Below are positions 48,401 to 58,607 of a DNA stretch of 64,000 nt, piece after piece. The stretch comes from Dehalococcoidia bacterium (GTDB lineage Bacteria > Chloroflexota > Dehalococcoidia > Plut-88900): the NCBI GenBank assembly GCA_965207225.1, contig CBDBLV010000005.1:1664001-1728000 (forward strand), read 5' to 3'. Below the pieces are notes generated by a model. It saw only the letters and a list, made by a program, of their open reading frames with translations. It searched no databases and had not been told where the DNA came from. The position numbers and the translations under genes are program-made. The stretch's first letter is position 1. Each line of letters starts with the position of its first letter.

Positions 48401-49738
48401 CTAACGACTTCCCCTCACCCGACTCGGCGGCTTGTCAATAAACTCCTTCGCCAGCTTCAACCCCGTCTCCCGCACTAACTCCCTGTCCCCATCCTCCGAA
48501 CCCTCGTAGGCAACTTTCAGCACGGTATCGTTGCCGTAGGTTGAGATAGGGCCTTCCCCCGACGTCTGCAGGCCCTTGGGGTCTTCACCTCGGGCGACGG
48601 TACGGATGCCCTCACGCATCATCCTGCGCATCCGGATGACGCCCTTGTCCGTAGTTGCCAGGTGCTCCAGGGCGTGCCTGGCGATCAGCCTTTGCCCGAC
48701 CTGCGCATCATAGTCTGCGGGATATCGCTGCCGCTCCTCGTAGGATCGTGCCCGACCTGCTAACTGGGCCGCCACTGCAAAGCCCGGGCTCTTTGTGTAC
48801 TCGTCCTCCTCGCCTTCCGGCACCCACACGAAGGTGAACTCCAGGGTCTCGGTGTCGTTTTTAGGGACCCGCCATCGAAAGATGCGGGGGAGGGCGCACA
48901 GCATCTCCTGTCCATCCGCATACTCCGGCGGAAGTACGCGAGGGTCGGGGATCTGGGCGATATTGGGAATCACCCACTCGATGGTGCGAGACCAGATGTC
49001 AGGCCCGACGCGTCGGGTCTGGAAGCAGTTCAGCCCAACCGGCGTCTCCATCACGTCGAACTCTCCCACGTCCTTCAGGCCTTCCATGGGCCGGCCCTCG
49101 GCGTCCGTAAACTGGACGTTGCTGACCCGTGCGTGGAGGAAACTCTCATGGACCGGATCGACCACGTTGTCCATGATCTGGAGCCAGTTGCAGTGCTTCA
49201 CGTTATAAGTCCCGACCTCCAGCCGGAAGTCCGGCCTCTCGAAAACGTCGTAGACGGGAAACGGGGGCTTTTTCTCTGGAGGGCCCATATAGGCGAAGAC
49301 CAGGCCTCGGTACTCGTGGACGGGGTAAGCGCCCTGGCGCAGCCTGTCTTTCAGGGTTGAGGTTGGGGGTTCACCGGGCGTATCGAGAATCGAGCCGTCA
49401 ACGTCGAACTGCCAGCCGTGGTAGCAACACCTGATCCCGTGCTCCTCGATTACGCCGAATTCCAGGGAAGTGCCCCGGTGGGCGCAGTGCATCTCCAGCA
49501 ACCCCACGTTTCCGCTCTTGTCCCGGAACGCGACCATGTCCTCGCCCATGATGGTGAGTGGGACCGGCAGGTCTTTGAGGTCGGCGGAGTGCGCTACGGG
49601 TTGCCAGAAACGGCGCAGGTACTCGCCGCAGGGGGTCCCGGGGCCCGTGTGGGTGAGTTCGGGGTCCTCCTCCGGCACATCGCGGTGACGGTAGGCGGCG
49701 AAGGGTTCGGTCAGAAAGATTGGTCTAGTCGTGGTCAT
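48401..49738 (-). CDS. Rieske aromatic oxygenase/demethylase alpha subunit
   Basis: CAHRG..CCYHGW Rieske motif; N..DPVH..LH mononuclear Fe site. Confidence 0.9.
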   Translation of the reverse strand: MTTTRPIFLTEPFAAYRHRDVPEEDPELTHTGPGTPCGEYLRRFWQPVAHSADLKDLPVPLTIMGEDMVAFRDKSGNVGLLEMHCAHRGTSLEFGVIEEHGIRCCYHGWQFDVDGSILDTPGEPPTSTLKDRLRQGAYPVHEYRGLVFAYMGPPEKKPPFPVYDVFERPDFRLEVGTYNVKHCNWLQIMDNVVDPVHESFLHARVSNVQFTDAEGRPMEGLKDVGEFDVMETPVGLNCFQTRRVGPDIWSRTIEWVIPNIAQIPDPRVLPPEYADGQEMLCALPRIFRWRVPKNDTETLEFTFVWVPEGEEDEYTKSPGFAVAAQLAGRARSYEERQRYPADYDAQVGQRLIARHALEHLATTDKGVIRMRRMMREGIRTVARGEDPKGLQTSGEGPISTYGNDTVLKVAYEGSEDGDRELVRETGLKLAKEFIDKPPSRVRGSR

Positions 49739-49746
49739 GCCGACCC

Positions 49747-50802
49747 CTATCGGAACTGGGGCATGATGCTGTTCGAAATCTCCTTCATGTTGCTCTTCTG
49801 GTCGATGATGGCGTACTGGACACAGGAGACGCCGCTCAAGCCGAGCTCGTGAAGGTCGTAAATCTTTTCGTCGATGTCCTCCACGGGCCCCGACAGGTTT
49901 ATTGTGTCGATCACCCTCTGGGAAGCGAGGTGCTTGTGCTTGGCGTGCAGGGACTCGTGTTCGTAAGGGTTGAAGTTCTCATGGATGTTGCGGAACTCGT
50001 CGACGATGCCCGGGCTTTTCTTTTCCAGCCTGCGATACAGCTCCTGGGCCTCGGGGGTGTTGCGCTTGAAAATGGAGCGGTAGAGGCCGTTGGCGCAGGA
50101 AGAGGCGTAGGAGGCGACCTCATGTCGGGCCTCTTCCTTGGAACCGGTCACGTATACCTCTGTGCGGGCCCATGTCTTGATCTTGGCAGGGTCCCGACCC
50201 GCCCGCTCGGCGCCCGTGGCGATCTGCTCCAGGTTCCACTTGATTATCTCCGGCTCCCCCGCCCCGAACATGAGGATTTCGTCGGCGATTTCACCGGCGA
50301 GCTGCATGGCCCTCGGCCCGAGAGGCCCCATGATCACGGGAATGGACTGGCCGTTGAATGGCGTGTTCCTTATCCACTCGGAGTGCCAGGTCTCGCCCCA
50401 GAGCTCCGCGTCGTTGCCGGCAGTGTAGTCCTTAAGGAAGTTGACCGTTTCCCGCTGCATTTTGAGGCTCACCGGGCCCCGGGTCGCTTTTCCCGCCTCC
50501 CGGGCCCCGGCCCCCAGGCCGATGAAAGCCCTGCCTCCGGTGAGCTCCCGCAGGCTGGCGGTGAAGTTGGCGATGACCGCCGGATGGTACATGAACGGGT
50601 CCACGACCCCATGACCGATGTGGATGCGCCGGGTGTTCATGGCGGCGATTGTCATCATGCCGAAGCATTCGCGGGACACGTTGCTCTGGTCCACGAAGGT
50701 CAGGTGGGTGAAGCCGCCCTCGTCGGCGACCCTGGCATGGTCGGCGATCTCATCGAACCTCAGCTCCGCCCCGAGCCCTATCCCGAAGTCCATTCTGGCC
50801 AT
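49747..50802 (-). CDS. LLM class flavin-dependent oxidoreductase (tandem copy 1)
   Basis: LLM motifs; highly similar to adjacent copy. Confidence 0.85.
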   Translation of the reverse strand: MARMDFGIGLGAELRFDEIADHARVADEGGFTHLTFVDQSNVSRECFGMMTIAAMNTRRIHIGHGVVDPFMYHPAVIANFTASLRELTGGRAFIGLGAGAREAGKATRGPVSLKMQRETVNFLKDYTAGNDAELWGETWHSEWIRNTPFNGQSIPVIMGPLGPRAMQLAGEIADEILMFGAGEPEIIKWNLEQIATGAERAGRDPAKIKTWARTEVYVTGSKEEARHEVASYASSCANGLYRSIFKRNTPEAQELYRRLEKKSPGIVDEFRNIHENFNPYEHESLHAKHKHLASQRVIDTINLSGPVEDIDEKIYDLHELGLSGVSCVQYAIIDQKSNMKEISNSIMPQFR

Positions 50803-50854
50803 TGATTTGCTCCTGCTGCGTATTCCTGACTGTCTGGTGAAGTCGACGCCACGC

Positions 50855-51910
50855 TTATCGGAACTGGGGCATGATGCTGTTGGAAATCTCCTTCATATTG
50901 CTCTTCTGGTCGATGATGGCGTACTGGACGCAGGAGACGCCGTTCAAGCCCAGTTCGTGCAGGTCGTAGATCTTCTCGTCGATATCCTCCACCCGACCCG
51001 TCAGGTTCATGGAGTCGATGACCCTCTGGGTTGCCAGGTGCTTGTGCTCGGCGTGGAGAGACTCGTGCTCGTAGGGGTTGAAACCCTCGTAGATCTTCCT
51101 GTATTCGTCCACCAGGCCCGGGTTTTTCTTCTCCAGCCTCGCATAAAGGTCGTGGGCCATGGGGGTGTCGCGGGTGAAGACTACTCGGTAGAGCTCGCTG
51201 GCGCAGGATGCGGCGTAGGAAGCGACCTCGTGCCTGGCCTCTTCCTTGGAGCCCGTCACATAGACTTCGGTCCGGGCCCATGTCTTGATCTTGGACGGGT
51301 CCCGACCCGCCCGCTCAGCGCCGGTCTGTATCTGCTCCAGGTTCCACCTGATAATCTCCGGTTCCCCGGCCCCGAACATGAGGATTTCGTCGGCGACTTC
51401 ACCGGCGAGCTGCATGGCCCTCGGGCCCAGGGGGCCCATGATGACGGGTATGGACTGGCCGTTGAAAGGCGTGTTCCTTATCCACTCCGAGTGCCATGTC
51501 TCGCCCCACAGCTCAGCATCGCCACCGGATGTGTAGTCCTTGAGGAAGTTGACCGTTTCCCGCTGCATCTTCAGGCTGACGGAGCGCCCGATAGCCTTGC
51601 CGGCTTGCTTACTCCCCGCCCCCAGGCCAATGAAAGCTCTCCCTCCGGTGAGTTCCCGGATGCTGGCCGTGAAGTTGGCTATAACTGCCGGGTGGTACAT
51701 GAAGGGGTCGCAGACGCCCTGCCCGATGTGAATGCGTCGGGTGTTCATGGCGGCGATGGTCATCATCCCGAAGCATTCCCTGGACACGTTGCTCTGGTCC
51801 ACGAAGGTAAGGTGGCTGTATCCCGCTTCATCAGCGACCCTTGAGTGCTCTGCGATCTCGTCGAACCTCAGCTCCGCCCCCAGCCCGACCCCGAATTCCA
51901 TTCTAGCCAT
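50855..51910 (-). CDS. LLM class flavin-dependent oxidoreductase (tandem copy 2)
   Basis: Same length (1056 nt) and long identical peptide stretches with copy 1. Confidence 0.85.
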   Translation of the reverse strand: MARMEFGVGLGAELRFDEIAEHSRVADEAGYSHLTFVDQSNVSRECFGMMTIAAMNTRRIHIGQGVCDPFMYHPAVIANFTASIRELTGGRAFIGLGAGSKQAGKAIGRSVSLKMQRETVNFLKDYTSGGDAELWGETWHSEWIRNTPFNGQSIPVIMGPLGPRAMQLAGEVADEILMFGAGEPEIIRWNLEQIQTGAERAGRDPSKIKTWARTEVYVTGSKEEARHEVASYAASCASELYRVVFTRDTPMAHDLYARLEKKNPGLVDEYRKIYEGFNPYEHESLHAEHKHLATQRVIDSMNLTGRVEDIDEKIYDLHELGLNGVSCVQYAIIDQKSNMKEISNSIMPQFR

Positions 51911-51993
51911 GTCAATCCTCCTACCCTGCTGCACTTACGGGAACCTGGTTCACCGAAAAATATCTTTACGCCGCCTGCATGTCAAACCCGTCC

Positions 51994-52350
51994 TTATTTG
52001 CCCATGGGAACAAACAGGGACAGCCGGGCCTCGGGGCCTACCTCCCGGGTGTAGTGCCCTTCCCCCGTAAGGTCCTCGGCAATCAGCACGTCCCCCGGCC
52101 CAATCACACGTTTGTCTCCGTCACCGACCTCTATCTCCACCGAACCCGTGACGGTGAAGACGGCGACTTTGCCGGGAGCATGGTGCCAGGGGTTGGATCG
52201 CTCGGGGTCGAAGCGCTGGACGACTATGCCGCCGTGGATGATGGCACGGGCGTCCTGGGGCCAGGCGTCGGGCAGGGGCTCCAGGTTGGGCTCAATGTCC
52301 TCGAAGTGGGACCGGCCGTCTTCTCCCGTGTATAAGCGAACGATAGCCAT
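51994..52350 (-). CDS. Cupin domain protein
   Basis: YTGEDGRSHF, WHHAP, AEDLTGEGH. Confidence 0.82.
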   Translation of the reverse strand: MAIVRLYTGEDGRSHFEDIEPNLEPLPDAWPQDARAIIHGGIVVQRFDPERSNPWHHAPGKVAVFTVTGSVEIEVGDGDKRVIGPGDVLIAEDLTGEGHYTREVGPEARLSLFVPMGK

Positions 52351-52419
52351 GATTGCCTCCTGGTGTGTGCGGAAAGAGCAGAATCCAGATACTTCCCGGC
52401 CGTAGTATCATACCCCCTC

Positions 52420-52773
52420 GTGCGCTACATCTTCAGCTTCGACATAGACGGCACACTGGAAGTCGGGGACCCGCCTGGGCCCGTCACCCTGGACCTCGTG
52501 AGACGGGTCAAGGGGCTGGGGCATGTCATAGGCAGTTGCTCAGACCGCACACTATCGGAGCAGGCCAACATGTGGGAACGCAACGGGATCGAGGCGGACT
52601 TCACGTCGCTAAAGTACCAGTTGCCGGATATCCTGAAACGCTTTCCCTGCGAGCGGGCCATCCACGTCGGCGACTCCCACGTCGACAAGATGTACGCTGA
52701 GAAGGCGGGGTTTACCTACCTACCCCCCGATCCTGAGGCAGTTATCGCTCTATTGGACTCGGCGGCCTGCTAA
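52420..52773 (+). CDS. Small HAD family hydrolase
   Basis: FDIDGTL, HVGDS..D. Confidence 0.8.
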   Translation: MRYIFSFDIDGTLEVGDPPGPVTLDLVRRVKGLGHVIGSCSDRTLSEQANMWERNGIEADFTSLKYQLPDILKRFPCERAIHVGDSHVDKMYAEKAGFTYLPPDPEAVIALLDSAAC

Positions 52774-52839
52774 GACTGCCTCCCTTTGGACCTTCCCCCT
52801 TGAAGGCGCCTTTCGACCCGACTCGAAGATATTCGGTGC

Positions 52840-53844
52840 CTACCACGCAAACGCCTTCTTCGGATTCTCGATTGTGACCTGCCGGATGGTCTCCTCCGAG
52901 ACGCCTGCCTCCCGGAGCAAGGGCAGGAAGGTGCGCTGGATGTGGCCGTAGTCTGGGGCGTGGTCTTCTTCAGCCACGGGCCCCGACTCCGCAGGTCTGC
53001 CTACCTCTTTCACGTACAGGTCGTGGGACAGCAATATCCGGTCCTGGTAGCCGAGACCCAGGAGACCCGCCACCATTGCCGCATTTGTCCTGTCCGAGAC
53101 CACCGTCTGGATGCCTATGGTGTCGAAAGCCACGTAGCAGCCGCGCTCCAGGACTTGAAGCACGTGGCCGACATTCGTGGTCTGGGAAACGTGGCCGATA
53201 ATGCACTTCTCGGGATCTGCGCCGGCGGCAATCAGGGTATCGATGTGGGCGAGGCCGACGTTTCCAAAGGGCCAGTCATGGGAGTCGGTGTGGGTGCCGA
53301 TAGGTGTGCCAAGTTTGGCCTGAACGTGGGCCGCCGCCTCCAGGACCCGACGGTCGCGTTCGGAAAGCAGCTGGTCCAGGGGGGCGTCGGGGGCGGCGGG
53401 GTGCTCGTGGGGCTGGAGTCGGGTCCCGACCTTTATGATTCCGCACCTGACCCCTTCATCTACCGCCCCTTCCACAATCTCCCGGGTGAAAAAGTCTTCT
53501 ATTGCCTCGAGGCTCTGGGCCTCCCAGTAGGCGGGATATCCCCAGGCCCCGAATATGCCCGTGCATGCAACGATGTCCCACCCCGAGGCCCGGGACAGCT
53601 CCACCATCAGGCCCATGTCTCGGCCAAGATCATAGGGCGCCCAGTCGACGAGGCCGGATATGCCGAACTCCTCACCTATTGCCTTGAACTGGGCCGCCCC
53701 CTCCTCAACCGCCGTCTTCCGGTCGAAGACGGCCGCTGGGTCGGACGGAGCCCCGAGAAGGTGGAAGAAGGTGTGCTCATGGGGGAGGATGTGCCCCATT
53801 TCGGCAGGATCTCTGTCGCCTAGGACTGTCCTGATCTTCGCCAT
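52840..53844 (-). CDS. Phosphotriesterase-family protein (copy 1)
   Basis: IRTVLG, PHEH, GIIK, THT, GH, SHD, NP. Confidence 0.9.
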   Translation of the reverse strand: MAKIRTVLGDRDPAEMGHILPHEHTFFHLLGAPSDPAAVFDRKTAVEEGAAQFKAIGEEFGISGLVDWAPYDLGRDMGLMVELSRASGWDIVACTGIFGAWGYPAYWEAQSLEAIEDFFTREIVEGAVDEGVRCGIIKVGTRLQPHEHPAAPDAPLDQLLSERDRRVLEAAAHVQAKLGTPIGTHTDSHDWPFGNVGLAHIDTLIAAGADPEKCIIGHVSQTTNVGHVLQVLERGCYVAFDTIGIQTVVSDRTNAAMVAGLLGLGYQDRILLSHDLYVKEVGRPAESGPVAEEDHAPDYGHIQRTFLPLLREAGVSEETIRQVTIENPKKAFAW

Positions 53845-53891
53845 TGCTACGCTCCGTTTATCATTGGGTCCTCGCCTTCCGTCCCTGGAGC

Positions 53892-54896
53892 TTACCAGGC
53901 AAGAACTCTCTTGGGATTCTCGACGGTAATCTGCCGTATGGCCTCCTCCGACACCCCACCCTCTCTCAACCACTGCACGAAAACCCGTTGTATGTATCCG
54001 TAGTCGGGGGCGAAGCGGATCCCGACGGTCGGGCCTGACTCCGGCTCTCTCCCGATCTCCTTCACGTGTAGATCGTGAGAAAGCAATATCTGCTTTTCGT
54101 ACCCCAGCCCGATCAGACCTATGACCATGGCCGCCTTGGCCCGGTCGGTCACCACTACCTCGATGCCGATGGTATCGAAAGCAACGTAGCAGCCTTGCTC
54201 AAGAACCTCGATGATGTAGCCGAGGTTGGAAGTGTGGGAGGCATGGCCGATGATGCAGCGCTGCGCGTCTGCGCCCGACGTGATCAACGTCTCTATCTGC
54301 TCCAGGCCCACGTTTCCCAGCCGCCAGTCCCGACGGTCGGTGTGGGTAGTGATGGGCACGCCGAGTTTTGCCTGGACCCGGGCGGCGGCCTGAAGAACGC
54401 GCCTGTCTTGAACGGAGAGAAGCTGGTCTCGGGAGGAGATGTGGCCCGAGGGCTTTTCGTGGGGACGGAGCCGGGTGGCTATCTTGATGATGCCGCACTT
54501 CACTCTCTCGTCAACTGCTCCCTCCTCGATCTCCCGGGTGAAGAACTCCTCTATGGCCGCATCGCTCTGCCCTTCCCAGTACGCAGGATAGCCCCACGCC
54601 CCGAATATACCCGTCGAGGCGACAATGTCCCACCCCGAGGCCCGGGACAGCCCCAGCAGCAGCCCCATGTCCCGGCCAAGATCGTAAGGAGCGCAGTCCA
54701 CCAAGCCGGATATGCCCTGTTCGGCGGTAACAGCCTTCAGCATGGCAGCGCCTTCTTCAATAGCCTGCTCGCGGTCGAATACTGAGGCGTGGTCAGACTC
54801 GGCGGCGATGAGCCGGACATAGGTGTGCTCGTGCGGAAGGATGTGGCCCACGTCGGCGGGGTCCTTGTCGCCGAGCACAGTCCTTATCTTGGGCAT
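53892..54896 (-). CDS. Phosphotriesterase-family protein (copy 2)
   Basis: Same motifs and length (1005 nt) as copy 1. Confidence 0.9.
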   Translation of the reverse strand: MPKIRTVLGDKDPADVGHILPHEHTYVRLIAAESDHASVFDREQAIEEGAAMLKAVTAEQGISGLVDCAPYDLGRDMGLLLGLSRASGWDIVASTGIFGAWGYPAYWEGQSDAAIEEFFTREIEEGAVDERVKCGIIKIATRLRPHEKPSGHISSRDQLLSVQDRRVLQAAARVQAKLGVPITTHTDRRDWRLGNVGLEQIETLITSGADAQRCIIGHASHTSNLGYIIEVLEQGCYVAFDTIGIEVVVTDRAKAAMVIGLIGLGYEKQILLSHDLHVKEIGREPESGPTVGIRFAPDYGYIQRVFVQWLREGGVSEEAIRQITVENPKRVLAW

Positions 54897-55017
54897 TCGT
54901 GTTCTCCGGGATTTTGCGATGTCCTCCAGGCCGATTATATCCCACGTCCCCATGCCTACTTTTCCCGATTGCACAATCCCTTTACACTAGCGATATTCGA
55001 ACTCTCGGGGGTGCGTC

Positions 55018-56025
55018 ATGCCGGAAACGGGAATAGTCGAAAGGTTGAAGTCGGGGAAGCCGGTTCTCATGGACGGGGGCACGGGCTCCGAGATACAGCG
55101 CAGGGGCGTGAATGTGCTGGTCAGCGCCTCCGCCGAGTCCGAGCTCCTCGCCTGGTCCGCCACTGCCAATGTCGAATACGCCGACGTCGTCCAGCAGGTG
55201 CACCAGGACTACCTGAGGGTCGGGGCGGAGATAATCATCAGCAATAATTTCTGGACGACCCGCAGCCGGCTCTCGCTGATAGGCCAGCAGGACCAGTGGG
55301 AGCGGCTGGCAACCGCAGCCGGCGAAAATGCTATCCGCGCCCGGGACGCCATCAACCCCGACGCCTACGTCTTCGGCGGGATTGCAGCGCCCTACACCCA
55401 GGACTACCGTAAGCCTTACACGCAGTCGGACGTGAAGACCCTGGGCGCGGAGCGTTACGCCGAGGAATTCACGGGGCCCGGCGGGGTGCTGGCCAACCTG
55501 GGCGTCGACGCCCTTCTCGCCGAGTATGTTGGCTACATCGAGGACTGCGTGGCCGCGGTGGATGCACTGGCGACCATCGGGCTTCCCGTATTTCTCGGAG
55601 TCCGGCACATCACCGAATACGGCTGGATGCAGTACGGCGAAACGCTGGCCGACCTGGCCAAGGCGCTAAAGGGTCACCCGGTGGAGGGAATCATGCTGAT
55701 GTGCAGCCGCCCCGAGTGCATTTCGGTAGGGCTGTTGGCCCTGAACCAGAGCTTCGACGGGGTGACCGGGGCCTATGCGAATGTCGGGTACAACCCAATG
55801 GCACCGGTCAGCGGGCGGGTGCACAAGGGAGGGGACCTGCTGTCGGGTTACAGCCCCCTGAGGCTGGCGGACTTCGGCCAGGACTGGCTGGACATGGGCT
55901 CCCAGATAATCGGCGGGTGCTGCGCCACGGGCCCCGAGCACATCATCGCCTTGAACAACGTGATGAACCCCGTACCACACATAGTCGAAGACCACGCCGG
56001 CTACCATGTGATTCCGGCCGGCTGA
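55018..56025 (+). CDS. Homocysteine S-methyltransferase family protein
   Basis: MDGGTGSE, HQDYLRVGA, MCS, IIGGCC..GPEHI. Confidence 0.88.
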   Translation: MPETGIVERLKSGKPVLMDGGTGSEIQRRGVNVLVSASAESELLAWSATANVEYADVVQQVHQDYLRVGAEIIISNNFWTTRSRLSLIGQQDQWERLATAAGENAIRARDAINPDAYVFGGIAAPYTQDYRKPYTQSDVKTLGAERYAEEFTGPGGVLANLGVDALLAEYVGYIEDCVAAVDALATIGLPVFLGVRHITEYGWMQYGETLADLAKALKGHPVEGIMLMCSRPECISVGLLALNQSFDGVTGAYANVGYNPMAPVSGRVHKGGDLLSGYSPLRLADFGQDWLDMGSQIIGGCCATGPEHIIALNNVMNPVPHIVEDHAGYHVIPAG

Positions 56026-56028
56026 GGC

Positions 56029-56418
56029 ATGCAAAGCGCCTCACTCTTCCCCAACCCCCAGGCCACCGCTCCCGACGGCTCAGCCATCCGGTTCCTCTTG
56101 AAGCTCAGCCGGGGCGAAGTGAACCACTTCACGCTTCCTCCGGGCCGGACTTCGACCGCGGTCGTCCACCGTACAATCGAAGAAATCTGGTATGTGCTGG
56201 AGGGGCGGGGGGAGGTGTGGCGTCAGGAGGGTGTGGACGAGGAAGTGCTGGACCTGTCACCAGGTGTCAGCTTCGACATCCCGCTCGGCACAAGGTTCCA
56301 GTTCCGGAACACGGGCGAAGGGCCCCTTTCGGTGCTGATTGCGACGATGCCGCCTTGGCCCGGGGACGATGAGGCTGTTCCGGTGGAAGGGCCGTGGACT
56401 CCGATGACTGTAGCCTGA
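56029..56418 (+). CDS. Cupin domain protein
   Basis: HRTIEEIWYVLEGRG, FQFRN, PPWPG. Confidence 0.82.
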   Translation: MQSASLFPNPQATAPDGSAIRFLLKLSRGEVNHFTLPPGRTSTAVVHRTIEEIWYVLEGRGEVWRQEGVDEEVLDLSPGVSFDIPLGTRFQFRNTGEGPLSVLIATMPPWPGDDEAVPVEGPWTPMTVA

Positions 56419-56427
56419 ATCCATCGA

Positions 56428-57569
56428 TCAATCCACCGGCACCCGCCACCTCTCGATCACGTCCTGGTCCAAATCAATCCCGAAACCCGACCCTTCCGGT
56501 AGGAACATGTAGCCGTCCCGGATTTCGGGCTGCTTGATGGGTAGGTCGTACCAGAGGGGGTCCCGGTCGGGGTTGGGGAAGATTTCGACGGCGATGCCGT
56601 GGGGTACGGAGGCTAGGAGGTGCAATGCTATTTGAGGTTCCTCGTGGTGGGCCATGCGGATGCCAAAGGCCCGGGCCATCCCGGCTATGCGACGCCATTC
56701 CGTCACCCCGCCGGCTATGGTCACGTCCACGTTCAGGATGTCCACCGCACCCCGGGCCACGAGGTCTCGGCACCCGTGCCTCGATATCTCGCCCTGCCCC
56801 GCGTTCACCGGAATCCCCTCCCAACGCACCCGGGCGTTTCCTTCGATCTGGTCATGCCACTGGACCGGCTCTTCGAGCCACGCAAGATCCAGATCCCTCG
56901 CGCCTCGAGCGAATCTCACCGCCTCATCCACGGTCCGGCCTGGTTGGCATCGACACTCAATAGAAAGTCGTCTCCGCCGATTTTGCGGGCGAGCCGGGTG
57001 CGTTCCAGGTCTTCCTCTATGGAGAGCTTGCCGACCTTCAGCTTGAGCCCCAGCACCCCCATGCTCTTGTAGGACTCTATTTCGTCGATGAGGCTCTGCA
57101 TCGGGTCTCCGTCCCGGATGTAGCCGCCTATGGCGATGACTCGGACGCGATCTCGGTACCCGCCCAACAGCTTGTACACGGGCTGGCCGAGGGCCTTGCC
57201 CAAGGCGTCCCAGAGGGCGTTGTCCAATGCCGCAATGGCCTGGGTCACGATTGCATGCTTGCCCATGTTGATTACATGCAGGCCGCGCCATGCCAGGTCC
57301 ACGGGCGCATTCCACATCTGTTCCCAGTGCCGTTCAACGTCCCGCACGTCCTCCCCGACCAGCATTGGGGCAAAGGTCTCGTTGACTATCCGGCAGATCT
57401 TGATGTCGTTCTCATCTTCATCGCCGCCATAGGTCAACCCCACCACCCCACCCTCCAGCTCCACCCGCGTCACAATAGTGTTCCGGCTGTCGATGTAGTA
57501 GGTGCCCCCGTGGAAAGGCTGTGCCAGCTTCCTTACCAGCGGGATTGCCTCTATGTGCTTGATCTTCAT
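56428..57569 (-). pseudogene. Mandelate racemase/MLE family enolase with -1 frameshift at ~56936
   Basis: KLKVG..VDANQA then TVDEAV..WLEEP..GQGE..HHEE in another frame; restoring one T gives DANQAWT. Confidence 0.8.
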
Positions 57570-57686
57570 ATCTGCCTTTTTCCTTGGCCACTGACCCAAC
57601 TACGCGTCGTACGGGCCCCGCGTTAAATCCAGATATACGCAAAGTTTCCTGCAAACCACCCTTCCCCCATCTCCTAAATTCTTGAT

Positions 57687-58607
57687 CTACGGAGCTTCGC
57701 AGAAGGGCAGTTTTAGACGGTAAGTGTATCTATCCGTAATGGACCGCCATGTGTGCGGTTTACATCCCGTCAGTTGGTTGCTGTACAGAGACAACGATTC
57801 CAGCTTGTCCAGATCACCTAGTTCAGGAGGAATGTCTCCGGTAAACCCTCCGCTGAGCTCTAGCACTTCTAACCTTCTCAGATTGCCCAGTTCACTAGGT
57901 ATCTCTCCTGTCAAATCATCGCCACGCAGCGTCAACTCCTTCAACCTTCTCAGATTGCCCAGTTCAGGAGGTACCTCTCCGGTAAGCTCAGGTGCGAGAT
58001 ACAGCACTTCCAGCCTTCTCAGATTGCCCAGTTCAGGGGGTATTTCTCCGTATGCTCTGTTTAGCTTTAGCACTTTCAAACTGCTCAGATTGCCGAGCTC
58101 AGGGGGTATCCCTCCCTTAAACCATCCATGTAGGTCCAACACTTCCAGCTTGCTCAAATTGCCCAGCTCAGGGGGTATCTCTCCCTCGAACACATCTCCA
58201 AACCCGGGTGCGCCAATATCCAGCAGGGTGATGCGCCCCTCGCCATCGGTTTTCATCCCTCCGCTCCAGTTCTCATGGCCAGTAAACAGGTCGATATTTT
58301 CGAGGAACGTTCCCCATCTATCGAGAAGCGTGTCTTCCTCTTGAGTAAATGACTTCCATTGCTGGATAGTTGGGTCGGTCTCCCATTGATGGCGAGGTGC
58401 GATAAAATATATGTCAAAAAGGACCTCCTCAGCGATTTTCCCATTAGTTGAGTGGAAAAACGCAACCATAGCGGCCTTGTCGCCTTCAGCGCTGCCCCCG
58501 TCCCCCGAGCAGCCCTGCGTCCATTGGACTCCACCTACCACAACCAAAAGCAGCAAGAGCGCGCGGGTCATCCTTCGTCGCACGAACCTTTTGAAAACGG
58601 CTCTCAT
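57687..58607 (-). CDS. Leucine-rich repeat lipoprotein (plant-specific-type LRR)
   Basis: Signal peptide ending QGC; ~6 GxIPPELGNLxxLxxLxL repeats; ATGA overlap with upstream gene. Confidence 0.88.
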   Translation of the reverse strand: MRAVFKRFVRRRMTRALLLLLVVVGGVQWTQGCSGDGGSAEGDKAAMVAFFHSTNGKIAEEVLFDIYFIAPRHQWETDPTIQQWKSFTQEEDTLLDRWGTFLENIDLFTGHENWSGGMKTDGEGRITLLDIGAPGFGDVFEGEIPPELGNLSKLEVLDLHGWFKGGIPPELGNLSSLKVLKLNRAYGEIPPELGNLRRLEVLYLAPELTGEVPPELGNLRRLKELTLRGDDLTGEIPSELGNLRRLEVLELSGGFTGDIPPELGDLDKLESLSLYSNQLTGCKPHTWRSITDRYTYRLKLPFCEAP

